Source: a virus. Taken from it: a stretch of DNA of 64,000 nt. This document shows positions 19,770-30,290 of this stretch, piece by piece (position 1 is the stretch's first letter; each line of letters starts with the position of its first letter). Below the pieces are notes generated by a model, which was given only the letters and a program-made list of their open reading frames with translations, was not told the origin of the DNA and made no database searches. The DNA lies in the IMG/VR virus record IMGVR_UViG_3300025108_000015, positions 64,001 to 128,000 of that record; one strand, 5' to 3'. Position numbers and translations under genes: made by a program.

Positions 19770-20114
19770 ATGAGAAATCTATTAATAGGAACACTTCTAT
19801 TTATAATAGGACAATCGTTAATATGGTTTCAAACCAACGGACAATTCGTATGGCCGTGGTTTAAAAAAAACCCACTGATAGTGTCCATCGTGGCTGGTAC
19901 GGGTATAAGTTACATATTTATTATGGCTACTCGTATGATAGCTGAGTATTATGATGGTACATTGTGGCCTGGTAGGTTTATTGCTTTTGGTAGTGGTATA
20001 TTTGGATTCACATTTCTAACTTGGTATTTTATGAATGAGGGTATTACTCTAAAAACACTTATATCATTAATTCTGGCAATTACAATAGTATCAATACAAA
20101 TCTTATGGAAATAG
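19770..20114 (+). CDS. Four-TM membrane protein
   Basis: Four hydrophobic helices. Confidence 0.6.
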   Translation: MRNLLIGTLLFIIGQSLIWFQTNGQFVWPWFKKNPLIVSIVAGTGISYIFIMATRMIAEYYDGTLWPGRFIAFGSGIFGFTFLTWYFMNEGITLKTLISLILAITIVSIQILWK

Positions 20115-20346
20115 TAAAAAGTGAACTCGCTAGACACACGCTGATTCTAAATGAAGTTACTGAAATCGTATACTCAAATCCAATTCATATAAAAGGTATA
20201 ACTGCCTATAACGAGAAACGTAAGTTACTAACTCTTACAGATAGAGTTCAACAAAATCGCCAATTACTAAGAAGAAGAGACCTTCAATTTTTACAAAGGT
20301 TGATTAATAAGTATTCTCAATGATACTTATATAAAAATGGAAACAA

Positions 20347-20955
20347 ATGAGTAGTTACAAAAAAGGAACAAAACTTCCAAATGGTTATGTTTTAGGTAAA
20401 GGAAGAACTCCACTTAACCTTACTGAAGCTCAAATCCGTTATGCGATGAAGAACTCCAAATCTAACTCATCTGCTGCAAGATTCCTTAATGTATCATTTA
20501 CTACTTATCAGAAATATTCCAAATTATACAAAGACGATGATACTGGTAAAACTTTATATGAACTACATAAGAACCAAAAAGGTGAAGGTGTAAAGAAACC
20601 ATATAATGTTTCAAAAGGTAGATATGCGCTTCAAGACATTTTGGATGGTAAATATCCTGATTATGGTGTACATTTCTTAAAGAAGAGATTAATCAATAAC
20701 GCAGATAATATGCCAGAGTTCCCACATGAATGTCATAATTGTGGGTATAGTGAAAGTAGAATTACGGATGGAAACGTTCCATTAGTATTAGACCACATGG
20801 ATGATGATTGGACAAATCATAAACTTGAAAATATAAGATTTTTATGTTACAATTGTTATCACAACCTCCGAGGTAATATCAGAGGCAGACAGCCTGAGTG
20901 GAGAGCTGAACAAATTAGAAAAGCAAGAAAAAAACAAAAAAAGAAGGACAAATAA
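20347..20955 (+). CDS. HNH endonuclease (homing-type) with N-terminal HTH-like region
   Basis: CHNC...LVLDHMDDDWTNHKLENIRFLCYNCYH. Confidence 0.75.
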   Translation: MSSYKKGTKLPNGYVLGKGRTPLNLTEAQIRYAMKNSKSNSSAARFLNVSFTTYQKYSKLYKDDDTGKTLYELHKNQKGEGVKKPYNVSKGRYALQDILDGKYPDYGVHFLKKRLINNADNMPEFPHECHNCGYSESRITDGNVPLVLDHMDDDWTNHKLENIRFLCYNCYHNLRGNIRGRQPEWRAEQIRKARKKQKKKDK

Positions 20956-20958
20956 GTT

Positions 20959-22542
20959 ATGGGTAAAGAAGTATTTTACGGAAAGACATCGAGAGAGAAA
21001 CTCTTAGAAGGTGTAGATGCATTAGCAGATGCAGTTGTAGTTACATTAGGACCACGTGGTCGTAACGTGATTATTGAAACTGATACAACACCACATATTA
21101 CAAAGGATGGGGTTACAGTAGCTAAGTCTATTGAATTTACAGACCCAACCAAAAACTTGGGTGCTAAGGTAATCAAAGAAGCATCTCAACAAACTGCTGA
21201 CAACGCAGGTGATGGGACAACTACCTCAACTGTACTTGCACGTGATATCTTTAAAAAAGGTATGGATGCAATTGAAAAGGGAGCTAACCCAATTGAATTG
21301 AAACGTGGGATGGATACTGCAGTAAAAGGTATTGTTAATAATCTTGTTGAAACCATTTCAACTAAAGTAGAAACTAACGACCAAATCAAACAGGTAGCAA
21401 CAATCTCAGCAAATGGTGATTCGGTGATTGGTTCTATGATTGCTGATGCAATGGACCAAGTTGGTCGTGATGGGGTAATTACTGTTGAAGAGGGTAATTC
21501 AAGTGATGATGAACTGACTATTGTAGAGGGGTTGGAATTCGAACAAGGATACCTATCACATTATTTCATTAACAATCAGACCAAATTGACTTCTGAATTA
21601 GAAGACCCTATGATTCTTATGTATGATGGTCGTATTTCAGAAATGGATGACATCGTTGGTATCCTTGAGGGTGTATCAAGTAAGAATCAGGCAATTGTAG
21701 TAATTGCTCAAGAAGTAGATGGGCAAGCGCTAGCTACAATGGTAGTTAATTCGGCACGTCAAACCTTAAAATGTGTTGCTATCAAAGCACCTGGCTTCGG
21801 TAACGAACGTAGTGAGATGTTGAGAGATATGTCTGCTCTAACCGGCGCTACTTTGTTTGGTGGTGTTGGTAAAGAGTTGGAAGATATCACAATGGATGAC
21901 TTAGGGTCAGCTGACAAAGTAGTGGTTAGTAAATCTAAATCAGTAATCATTGGTGGTGCTGGTGAATCGGATGATATCAAACTCCGTATTGACCAAATCA
22001 AGAATGAAATCGAAGAATCGAGTTCAGACTATGAGAAAGAAAAACTACACAAACGATTATCTAAGTTAAGTGGTGGTGTTGCAGTTCTCAGAGTAGGTGC
22101 TGAATCTGAAATCGAGATGAAGGAAAAGAAAGATAGAATTGATGATGCTCTACTTGCTACAAAAGCTGCAGTCGAGGAAGGTATTGTGCCAGGTGGTGGT
22201 TCTGCTCTAATCCACGCAAGTGATAGAATACATATGGGTGTTGATAGATTATCAGCTGACCAAGAAACCGGATTCAATATTGTATGTTCTGCCTGTTACT
22301 CACCTTTTAATTCTATTTTAGAAAATGCAGGTTTAACTTATACACCAGAAGGTGAAACTCAAACTACTTATGGTTATAATGTAGTGACTGAACAATGGTG
22401 TGATATGTTAGAAGTGGGTGTAATTGACCCAACCAAAGTAACACGAACGGCACTTGAAAAAGCTGTCTCAGTTGCATCTACATTACTAACCACGGAATGT
22501 ATGATTGTCAATGAGGTAGAGGATAGTGAATCGGAAGCTTAA
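20959..22542 (+). CDS. groEL: Chaperonin GroEL
   Basis: TLGPRGRNV, ITKDGVTVAK, AGDGTTT, KAPGFG, LSGGVAVLRVG, EEGIVPGGG, GVIDPTKV; lacks the GGM tail. Confidence 0.97.
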   Translation: MGKEVFYGKTSREKLLEGVDALADAVVVTLGPRGRNVIIETDTTPHITKDGVTVAKSIEFTDPTKNLGAKVIKEASQQTADNAGDGTTTSTVLARDIFKKGMDAIEKGANPIELKRGMDTAVKGIVNNLVETISTKVETNDQIKQVATISANGDSVIGSMIADAMDQVGRDGVITVEEGNSSDDELTIVEGLEFEQGYLSHYFINNQTKLTSELEDPMILMYDGRISEMDDIVGILEGVSSKNQAIVVIAQEVDGQALATMVVNSARQTLKCVAIKAPGFGNERSEMLRDMSALTGATLFGGVGKELEDITMDDLGSADKVVVSKSKSVIIGGAGESDDIKLRIDQIKNEIEESSSDYEKEKLHKRLSKLSGGVAVLRVGAESEIEMKEKKDRIDDALLATKAAVEEGIVPGGGSALIHASDRIHMGVDRLSADQETGFNIVCSACYSPFNSILENAGLTYTPEGETQTTYGYNVVTEQWCDMLEVGVIDPTKVTRTALEKAVSVASTLLTTECMIVNEVEDSESEA

Positions 22543-23242
22543 AAAATATAACTTAAAGTATGAGTATTTAAAACTTGAAGAAGAGGATACCATTGAGTCT
22601 TTCGATGAGTATGTATCAGATTTTGAATTTTATTTCGAAAAATACTACAAAAAACCTAAAAAAGGTACACCTACTGCTAAAGAACGACATATTTGGGTAA
22701 ATGAAGAAACTGGAGAGGTTCGACACGAAGCCCCAAGTATGTCGTTCGAAGATATGGCAGAGGATAATAAACGAGTAGAACGAGAGAAATCTGAAAAAAA
22801 GAAGAAACGACTCGCTGAGATTAAAAATAGACCTGATAGGATTAAGAAGTTATATAAAAAAGTAGCAATAGCTACACATCCTGATAAGGGTGGTACTGAA
22901 TCCGAGTTTCAAAGAGTGTCCAACGCATTTAATGAGTTAGATTTAGCTACTTTACTTAATTTTGCTGGTAAATATGATGTAGAATATGATTTTGATGATG
23001 ATGACGAAGATATTCTTTTGAAGAATCTAAAAAAGCTAGAAGAAAGTATATCACATAAAAAATCAACATTAGCATGGTATTGGGGTACGGGCACACGTGA
23101 TGATAGGTTGGACGTATTACGTACCATAAAAAAGCAAACTGGTTGGGATGTTGAAGAATCGGATTTACCACCAGACCTTAAACCAAAAAAAGATGAACAA
23201 ATCTTATTAGAAGATAAGAAAAGTTTGGATAATAAAAAATAA
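22526..23242 (+). CDS. J-domain (DnaJ-like) protein
   Basis: LYKKVAIATHPDKGG...FQRV.NAF with HPD motif. Confidence 0.75.
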   Translation: MNRKLKKYNLKYEYLKLEEEDTIESFDEYVSDFEFYFEKYYKKPKKGTPTAKERHIWVNEETGEVRHEAPSMSFEDMAEDNKRVEREKSEKKKKRLAEIKNRPDRIKKLYKKVAIATHPDKGGTESEFQRVSNAFNELDLATLLNFAGKYDVEYDFDDDDEDILLKNLKKLEESISHKKSTLAWYWGTGTRDDRLDVLRTIKKQTGWDVEESDLPPDLKPKKDEQILLEDKKSLDNKK

Positions 23243-23538
23243 TGTTGTATATTAGACTATGAATACCAATCAAATATTCCTCTATTGGGATGAAGACATC
23301 ACAACGGAGCAAACAAGTTCAACTAAAAACGAAGAATAAATGGCAAAATTAAGAAAATTGGTCACCTATACTGATTATAGATGGGAAGAGACTGAGGAAT
23401 TAACTCCTGAACAAGTAGAAAAATGGAAGTCAGAAGACGAAGACCTACAAGATGAAGTTCTTGATGAGGTAGAGTTTGAATTATCTCATGACAAGGCCTT
23501 GGAAGATTCAGAATGGCCTGAACTAATAGAAGACTAAG

Positions 23539-24102
23539 ATGGCAAATCACGTTCAAACTTGGATTCAAGTTCATAAAGGAAATGACCAAGTATTTAAAAA
23601 ACTCAAAGAAATGTTCACTCTACCAGAAGGTAAGTGGAATTATAGTGAAGAGATAAACTTTCACGACTTACTATGGCCTGGCCATGAGGATGAAGATTAC
23701 GATAGGGGTATATTCACCGAAAGAATGGGTGCTAAATGGTGTTACATTGAAGATGTGAGTTGTTTAGAAGATGACGAGTTTGAAATGTCTACAACTTCAG
23801 CTTGGAATTGGTCATCAGGAGCATTTGAACGTTTATTTGATATTCTTAAAGAAATTGATGAAGACGTTGTACTTACTGCTACCTATGAAGACGAAGGATA
23901 TAACTTTGTTGGTGGTGCTGCAATATCTAAATTAGAAGGTCTATACGATTACCAAGACACTACACTTGAATATCCCGAAACCGATGAGGATGATGAACTT
24001 GATAAGTTTTACGACCAAGTGTCGGAGGCAATGGTATCATGTCGTGACGAAGCACTTGCAGATGCAACTTACATATATACTGAAGAAAACGAAGATGAAT
24101 AA
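23539..24102 (+). CDS. Acidic hypothetical protein (YubB/ferredoxin-like fold candidate)
   Basis: GAKW...STTSAW...TYEDEG pattern. Confidence 0.5.
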   Translation: MANHVQTWIQVHKGNDQVFKKLKEMFTLPEGKWNYSEEINFHDLLWPGHEDEDYDRGIFTERMGAKWCYIEDVSCLEDDEFEMSTTSAWNWSSGAFERLFDILKEIDEDVVLTATYEDEGYNFVGGAAISKLEGLYDYQDTTLEYPETDEDDELDKFYDQVSEAMVSCRDEALADATYIYTEENEDE

Positions 24103-24709
24103 AAAATGGAATCCTATGAAAACATCATTGACACGATTATCGTTACTATTATTACTATTGCTTGGTTCGGTTACCTCACATGGGCAGACTGGAAAAACAA
24201 TAAAAAGTGACATATATACAGTAGTATATTCTGAAGATTATCAACAACCACTTAAATTGACGTATGTAGTACAATGTCCATCAGGTGGTGTTAGTAGAGG
24301 TGGGTTAGATTTCTATACCAACGATTCGGTAAATACTTCAGATGCCGATGACTATCGTAATAATGAGTGGGATAGAGGTCATTTAGCACCCGCAGCCGCA
24401 TTCAATTGTGATAGAGAAACATTAAAGAAAACATTCTCATATCTAAATTGTGCATTACAACATGAAGGACTCAATCGTGGTCCATGGAAAGAGTTGGAAC
24501 GTTTCGAACGTAACCTTGCTAAATTCTTTGAAGTAATGGTTAGTATTGAGGTAGACTTTGGAGAGACTCCATATAGAGTACCAGCCGGCGCTGCTATACC
24601 TATTGGGTTTACAAAAACCATATCATTTGATAACAAAATATATCAATTTTACTTTCCTAATACGGATGTAGCAGGGCAGGATTGGTTTAATTTTATTGTG
24701 GCGAAATGA
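24095..24709 (+). CDS. Exported DNA/RNA non-specific endonuclease
   Basis: DRGHLAPAA, TFSYLN...QH..LNRGPWKELE; hydrophobic N-terminus. Confidence 0.9.
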   Translation: MNKKWNPMKTSLTRLSLLLLLLLGSVTSHGQTGKTIKSDIYTVVYSEDYQQPLKLTYVVQCPSGGVSRGGLDFYTNDSVNTSDADDYRNNEWDRGHLAPAAAFNCDRETLKKTFSYLNCALQHEGLNRGPWKELERFERNLAKFFEVMVSIEVDFGETPYRVPAGAAIPIGFTKTISFDNKIYQFYFPNTDVAGQDWFNFIVAK

Positions 24710-25459
24710 GAATAATAACTTTGGGATATAAATTATAGAGATGGGTAGTTTAAAATCAAAATACAAACGAGATAAGTCGGAGCTAATAGAAACGTTATTA
24801 GATAATGGGCGAACTACTGCTGTATTGGAGATAAATGTTCTTACGACATCTAAAATCAAAGAACATTTAATCTACGAATGTATTTACTTACATAATAGTA
24901 AATTAAAGACTACTCAGATTATTGCTAAGGATATTACCGATGCAATGAGTAGATTAGACCCTTTTATAAAATCAGGCGCATCGAGCTCAGTAATTAATTA
25001 TGTTTTGAATAACGAGAACATAATATGAAAGATAAGATAGTATTTCTTTTATCAGTAGGTGTAATCCTTTTACTTGGAATGTTAATAATAGGGGATTTTA
25101 TTATCTCTCTAAAAGAAAACAGGCCAGTAGATGAATCAATTATACATTTGATACAAGTATCAATCACAGGTGTAATAGGAATATTAGGAACTTACTTTGG
25201 AATGAAAAACAAATAAATTATGGCAAATCCAATAGGTTGTATTGAAGCAATTAATAATGTAAGAACATCTGTTCAAGGGAATGACCCAAGGGGATGGATG
25301 AAAGCATGTGCAATAGAAACTTTACTAAAAGGTAAAAGTGGTAAACATTTTAAAAATTGTTTGATTCATAAAATGGAATCTACTGCTCAGCACATCGAAG
25401 ACCCCGTGGGGTATGCAGACGAGTTATATAATGAAATTAAGGGTAAGTGTAGTTAAAAC

Positions 25460-26032
25460 ATGAAAAACTTAATAGTAATAGCACATCCTGATAAGAAATC
25501 ATTTTGTTATAATGGTATCTACAAAACTATTTTACAAACATTGGATGTAGATGGTGAAGAAATTAGAGTAGCAGATTTATACGCTGATAACTTCGAGAGA
25601 CCACGAACTGATATAATTAATCGTTATAAAGAAGATGTTACGTGGTCTGATAGAATCTATTTTGTATCGCCAGTATGGTGGTTTAGATTGACTCCGAGGT
25701 TGGAAGTATTCTTTGATGAAGTATTTTCTCCAGGATTCGCATACAAGTTTGTACCTATCATTGGTAAGTACGCATACCCTAAACCATTCTTAAAAGATAA
25801 GATAGTTAGAACTTACATCACCCACGGAGCACCAGCACTTCCAGTACTTACACTTTACTTGAACTCAGTTAAACTTCGGTTAGTTATGGGTGTATACACA
25901 TTTGTATTTGGATGGTCACCATCAAGGTGGTTAAAAACAAAACAATTTTGGTCAGTACCATTCGTTTCAGATAAAAAACGTAAGTCCTACTTACAACGTG
26001 TTATTAAAGATATTCGGAAGGATTTAAAATAA
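25460..26032 (+). CDS. NAD(P)H-dependent flavodoxin-fold oxidoreductase (Flavodoxin_2/MdaB-like)
   Basis: IAHPDKKSF, ADLY, PVWWF..TP.L..FFDEVF.PGFAY. Confidence 0.85.
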   Translation: MKNLIVIAHPDKKSFCYNGIYKTILQTLDVDGEEIRVADLYADNFERPRTDIINRYKEDVTWSDRIYFVSPVWWFRLTPRLEVFFDEVFSPGFAYKFVPIIGKYAYPKPFLKDKIVRTYITHGAPALPVLTLYLNSVKLRLVMGVYTFVFGWSPSRWLKTKQFWSVPFVSDKKRKSYLQRVIKDIRKDLK

Positions 26033-26266
26033 TTGGAATCAGAAGATATTGATAGAATAATTGAAATGGCTTGGGAAGATAGAACTCCCTTTGAAGCCAT
26101 AGAATTTCAGTTTGGTATCAAAGAGAATGAGGTTCGTAAGATAATGAGAACTCATATGAAAGAGTCATCATTTAAGATGTGGAGAAAGAGGGTCAAAGGT
26201 CGTAAAACCAAACACGAGAAGACCACAACATCAATTAGATTTAAAAGCAGTAACCAAAAGTTATGA
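26033..26266 (+). CDS. TIGR03643/DUF2805-family protein
   Basis: RIIEMAWEDRTPFEAI..QFG..E.EV..IMR...K.SSF..WRKRV.GR.TKH. Confidence 0.8.
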   Translation: MESEDIDRIIEMAWEDRTPFEAIEFQFGIKENEVRKIMRTHMKESSFKMWRKRVKGRKTKHEKTTTSIRFKSSNQKL

Positions 26267-27177
26267 AAAACATAATAGTTTTAATTACATTAGTAGTAAG
26301 TATAAATGCTAACGCATCTCACTTTATGGGGGGTATCATCCAAGTTGCTCAAAAGAGTCAAGACTCCGTTTCCATTGGGATGTATATTGTAGGTGACCAA
26401 TTCCCAATACTTCCACAATATGTAACTTTAGAAATATGGGAGATGGATTCCCAAGGGTCGTATGACTTGGGTGGGTATATTACACTTACTAAATTCAACA
26501 ATGGTACACATCAAGGATTTAACACCGCAAACTACGGAAGTGATTATATTAATTTAGATTCGAACAAATATAGATTTATATATACCAATTGCTGTTGGTC
26601 AGTCTTAAATAACTCAACTAACTCTACTAATTCAGAGTTTGTCATATCAACGGACTATTGGCACGTTCCAAACAATACCACACCATATATGGAAAATCCA
26701 ATGTGGATTAATGTTCAGAGTAATAGTGTGAATGTTATGAAGCCGGTGTGGGGAATCTTTAATTGTTATTTTGGACATGATGACAATGATTCAGTCAACT
26801 TATATATGACCGAACTCTATTCATCCTATTCAAATGGAGTATTCGTACCTCAAACACAGACATCAACTAATATATCAGCTAATAATGATTCAATTACATT
26901 TGTAGGTACAACTTTAGGAAGAGTGGGTTATGGATTTCAGATTGATAAATATCGTAGTGGATACCTACTCACCAGCCAACGAATTCAATGGACATTTGTA
27001 GTGACACAAACCACACTTGATATTGAAGAAAATATCGGATATCGAGATATGGAATATAAAGTCTACGATTGGAGTGGTCGCTATATGGGAAGTGATATAA
27101 AAACACTAAATGGTGGATTATACGTAGTTAGATATAGTAATGGTAAAATGGAGAAGATAAATGTATTACTTCGATAG
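26263..27177 (+). CDS. Secreted protein with T9SS-CTD-like tail
   Basis: Signal peptide then ASHFMGG; C-terminal YKVYDWSGRY..LNGGLYVVRYSNGKMEKI. Confidence 0.6.
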   Translation: MKNIIVLITLVVSINANASHFMGGIIQVAQKSQDSVSIGMYIVGDQFPILPQYVTLEIWEMDSQGSYDLGGYITLTKFNNGTHQGFNTANYGSDYINLDSNKYRFIYTNCCWSVLNNSTNSTNSEFVISTDYWHVPNNTTPYMENPMWINVQSNSVNVMKPVWGIFNCYFGHDDNDSVNLYMTELYSSYSNGVFVPQTQTSTNISANNDSITFVGTTLGRVGYGFQIDKYRSGYLLTSQRIQWTFVVTQTTLDIEENIGYRDMEYKVYDWSGRYMGSDIKTLNGGLYVVRYSNGKMEKINVLLR

Positions 27178-27336
27178 TGAACAAACAAATGCCCGTTCTA
27201 TGATGGGAAAGTATTTTATGGCATCTCTATTATGGAATACCGAGCCAGAGAAAATGATGTCTATATTAAAAGTAATGGGTAGTACATATACCGAATATGG
27301 ATTACCAATTGACTACGATTCATTGGGGATAGAGAG

Positions 27337-27738
27337 ATGTTAAAAGTAGTAGCTGGATTTTTATTTGATTATGATACATTCCTTATAGGACAACGTAAGT
27401 CAGATAACAACTCATATCCAGACTATTGGGAATTGCCAGGTGGGAAGGTTGATGATTCTGATTTAAATACGGACGAGTCAATCAAACGAGAGTGGAGAGA
27501 AGAATTAGATATAGAGGTCTTTATATGGCACGAACTACCTACTCAGATAATCAACGATATAGAGGTTATTCCTTATATGTTGAAGTATGAAAGTGGGAAG
27601 CCAACACTAAATGAACACAAATCAGTAAAATTCGTGAAATTTAATGAAATAAAACACTATAAATTGACTCCAATAAGTAAAGAAATACTACATATAATAA
27701 AGAGGTCATACAACATATTTTTAAAACCACAGGAGTAA
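27337..27738 (+). CDS. NUDIX hydrolase (MutT-like)
   Basis: WELPGGKVD...KREWREELDI Nudix box. Confidence 0.85.
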   Translation: MLKVVAGFLFDYDTFLIGQRKSDNNSYPDYWELPGGKVDDSDLNTDESIKREWREELDIEVFIWHELPTQIINDIEVIPYMLKYESGKPTLNEHKSVKFVKFNEIKHYKLTPISKEILHIIKRSYNIFLKPQE

Positions 27739-28686
27739 CACCATTATGAAACCCATCTACGAACTTATCTCTCAGTTCACAAAGAAGACATTCGGTAACA
27801 AGAACAACACCCCAATCAATCACATCGCAGAATTCCAAGAAGATATACCAACGGTTTGGTCACGTCAATTAGAGTATTCGGAGAAGCCACATATATCATT
27901 CGATATTACACAAGAAGATATATATAACGACATCCAAAGTAACCAATGAAAAGCCAGACCGACCCACATCGAGATGGACACGAACGATTTCGTGTGACTA
28001 AGAAAAATTTGGAAGATAAACTTCCAAATCCCTCTATATTAAATGAATTACAGGACTTCAACACAACCCTTGGCGATGGGTTAGATGACTTGGACGAATG
28101 GTATCCAGATAACGTATTATAATAAGGTAAATTATGTTTGCGATAATAGTATTAGGTTTGTTGATAATATACACATATAAAATAACACATGATAATGAAT
28201 GATGAGTAAAGAAATGCCAAGAGAAAGAACAAAGGTATGGGTAAACGTCATACACACGAATAAGACAATCCAATTCTTTTTGAATAATAGTCCTCTACGT
28301 GGGGATGGTTCGTTTATGTCATTGGAGTATTTTAGCGTATATAAGGAATTGCAAGATTTGAGTGGATATAGATACTTAAATTCAAAGTATGACCTTCTTG
28401 ACAAGATTCCCCCATCTCCAAGTTTTGATGACTTACCATCAAGTCCAACGGAAGAGTATCATGATGATGACTTCGAGTATTAAAAAAAGTGATATAAAAC
28501 TAAATCAGCTAAATCTTATGGATATACAAATAGATGAACGTAATAATAGAATCAGAGTTATTAAAGATAACCATGTATATAGTATAGACAAAGAACATCC
28601 TCATTATGATGTTATAGTAGATAACCTTTTAAATATAGGGAACTCTATAACCACATATAAGGATAAGGTTAAAAGATTCTCTCCAC

Positions 28687-28911
28687 ATGGTTAACAAGAA
28701 GAATATAATAGACTTACATGGAGTAAGGCATGGAGACGTAGAAGAAGTCTTAGAGAATAACCTATTAGGGTATCATGATACGGAAGGCTGGGAGATAATA
28801 ACAGGCAATTCAACCTATATGATAGAGATAGTAGAGGAGTTTCTAAGGTTAAACCTATTTAAGTTCTATCGAACCTCTGATAACTATGGTAGAATTATAT
28901 TAGCTCACTAA
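28687..28911 (+). CDS. Stand-alone Smr-domain protein
   Basis: IDLHG and IITGN motifs. Confidence 0.6.
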   Translation: MVNKKNIIDLHGVRHGDVEEVLENNLLGYHDTEGWEIITGNSTYMIEIVEEFLRLNLFKFYRTSDNYGRIILAH

Positions 28912-28992
28912 GCTAATCGTAGGGTTATCGTACCCTATCAGAGGACATCAGAGCTGGGAAGTGCTAGTGTAATTTCCACCAAATATTCAGAG

Positions 28993-29013
28993 ACCCCTTT
29001 ATAGGGGTTTTTT
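28993..29013 (+). terminator. Intrinsic terminator
   Basis: ACCCC-TTTATA-GGGGT followed by a T tract. Confidence 0.7.
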
Positions 29014-29323
29014 ATGCCTATAAGGGTAATGATTACTCTTGTGGTCCGTACAAGGGTAAAATAACTACACATTTACCCCCACTTTCCCCCACTTTACCAC
29101 ATTTTCTATCAGTCACTTAACAAAATGTGTAGTTTTTAAACAATGTGTTAGATTTATAACAAAATGTAAGGATAGTAACACATACCCCTCTCAGCCCTCA
29201 ATCATTCATTTTTACCACAATTAACACAAACACACTTTCAGAAAAGGATACTATTACTTAACTACCACAAATTAGACTGGTATTATGTGTCTTTCGCGCG
29301 AGCAAGCAAAATTTCTGACAGGA

Positions 29324-29513
29324 AAGTTATTAACAGCCCTTTGTGGATAACTTTTTAGGGGTAAAATGTGGGTAGTCCGAGCCACCAAGCCTGAATATTG
29401 ACCATATATTAACATTTGTTAATAGACTTACAATGGTTAGCCGCGACTTACAAATGAAACAAAGTGTTACAATTGTAACTATTAAAGTTATTAACAATGG
29501 GATGTGGATAACT
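29324..29513. promoter_or_regulatory. Two copies of AAGTTATTAACA-N6-TGTGGATAACTT (paired DnaA-box-like sites)
   Basis: Perfect TGTGGATAA (reverse of TTATCCACA) at 29342 and 29503; TTATTAACA at 29327 and 29488. Confidence 0.7.
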
Positions 29514-29896
29514 TAATGGCTAAATATTTGGCAATGTGGGTTATTTTTCGTATCTTAGTGGGGGGGTATATATAAAAAAAATAGTTAACAAATGTTAATT
29601 CCTCTCAACCCTAGTGTTTACAGGGGTTAACGAATGATTTAGAATCGTTCTATATAAGGTGAATGGCTTGGATATTAAAGAATATTGTTGTATCTTAGTA
29701 GTATGTTAAAAGATATAAAGGTTAAATACAATTCAAGATTAAAGAGTGTTTCATTTACTAAGGAGTCATCTATCACTGATGAGGAGTTAGAGACGTGTAT
29801 GGGGTATCTTTATTGGAGGTTTCGTAAAGAAGCTAATGATAGTGAGTTCTCTGATGATGGTAAAAAGCTAATATTAAAGATGTAATTGTTAATAAC

Positions 29897-29952
29897 TTAA
29901 CGATTTCTTAACATATACAATTTGGCAATCCCAAACTTTATCACTATATTAG
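29897..29952 (+). promoter_or_regulatory. Direct-repeat promoter
   Basis: TTAACG 29897, TTAACA 29908, TTG 29922, TATATTAG 29945. Confidence 0.75.
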
Positions 29953-30290
29953 TAGTGTAAGAGTGAGAGAGTTAAAAGATATAAGATGATATTACGAGGA
30001 TTAATGATGTGTCAGATAGTTGATGGGAGTGGAATCCCAGTTAATAATGTAATCTATGAGGATTACGAAAAGGCTAAAGAGCATTGTAATAACTTGATGG
30101 AGAACTACACCGAGTACTACGGAGTAAGAATACTAACCATTAAGTAAGGTATATGGATGTACAAGAGCAAGTTTATTGGTGTGACCTATGTGAGTGTTAC
30201 TCAACCATATCAGAAGATAACCCGTGGGGTACTTGTTTGTGTTCGTGAAATAAAAGTGAAGTAAAATAATAATAGCTAAATATATAGTAT

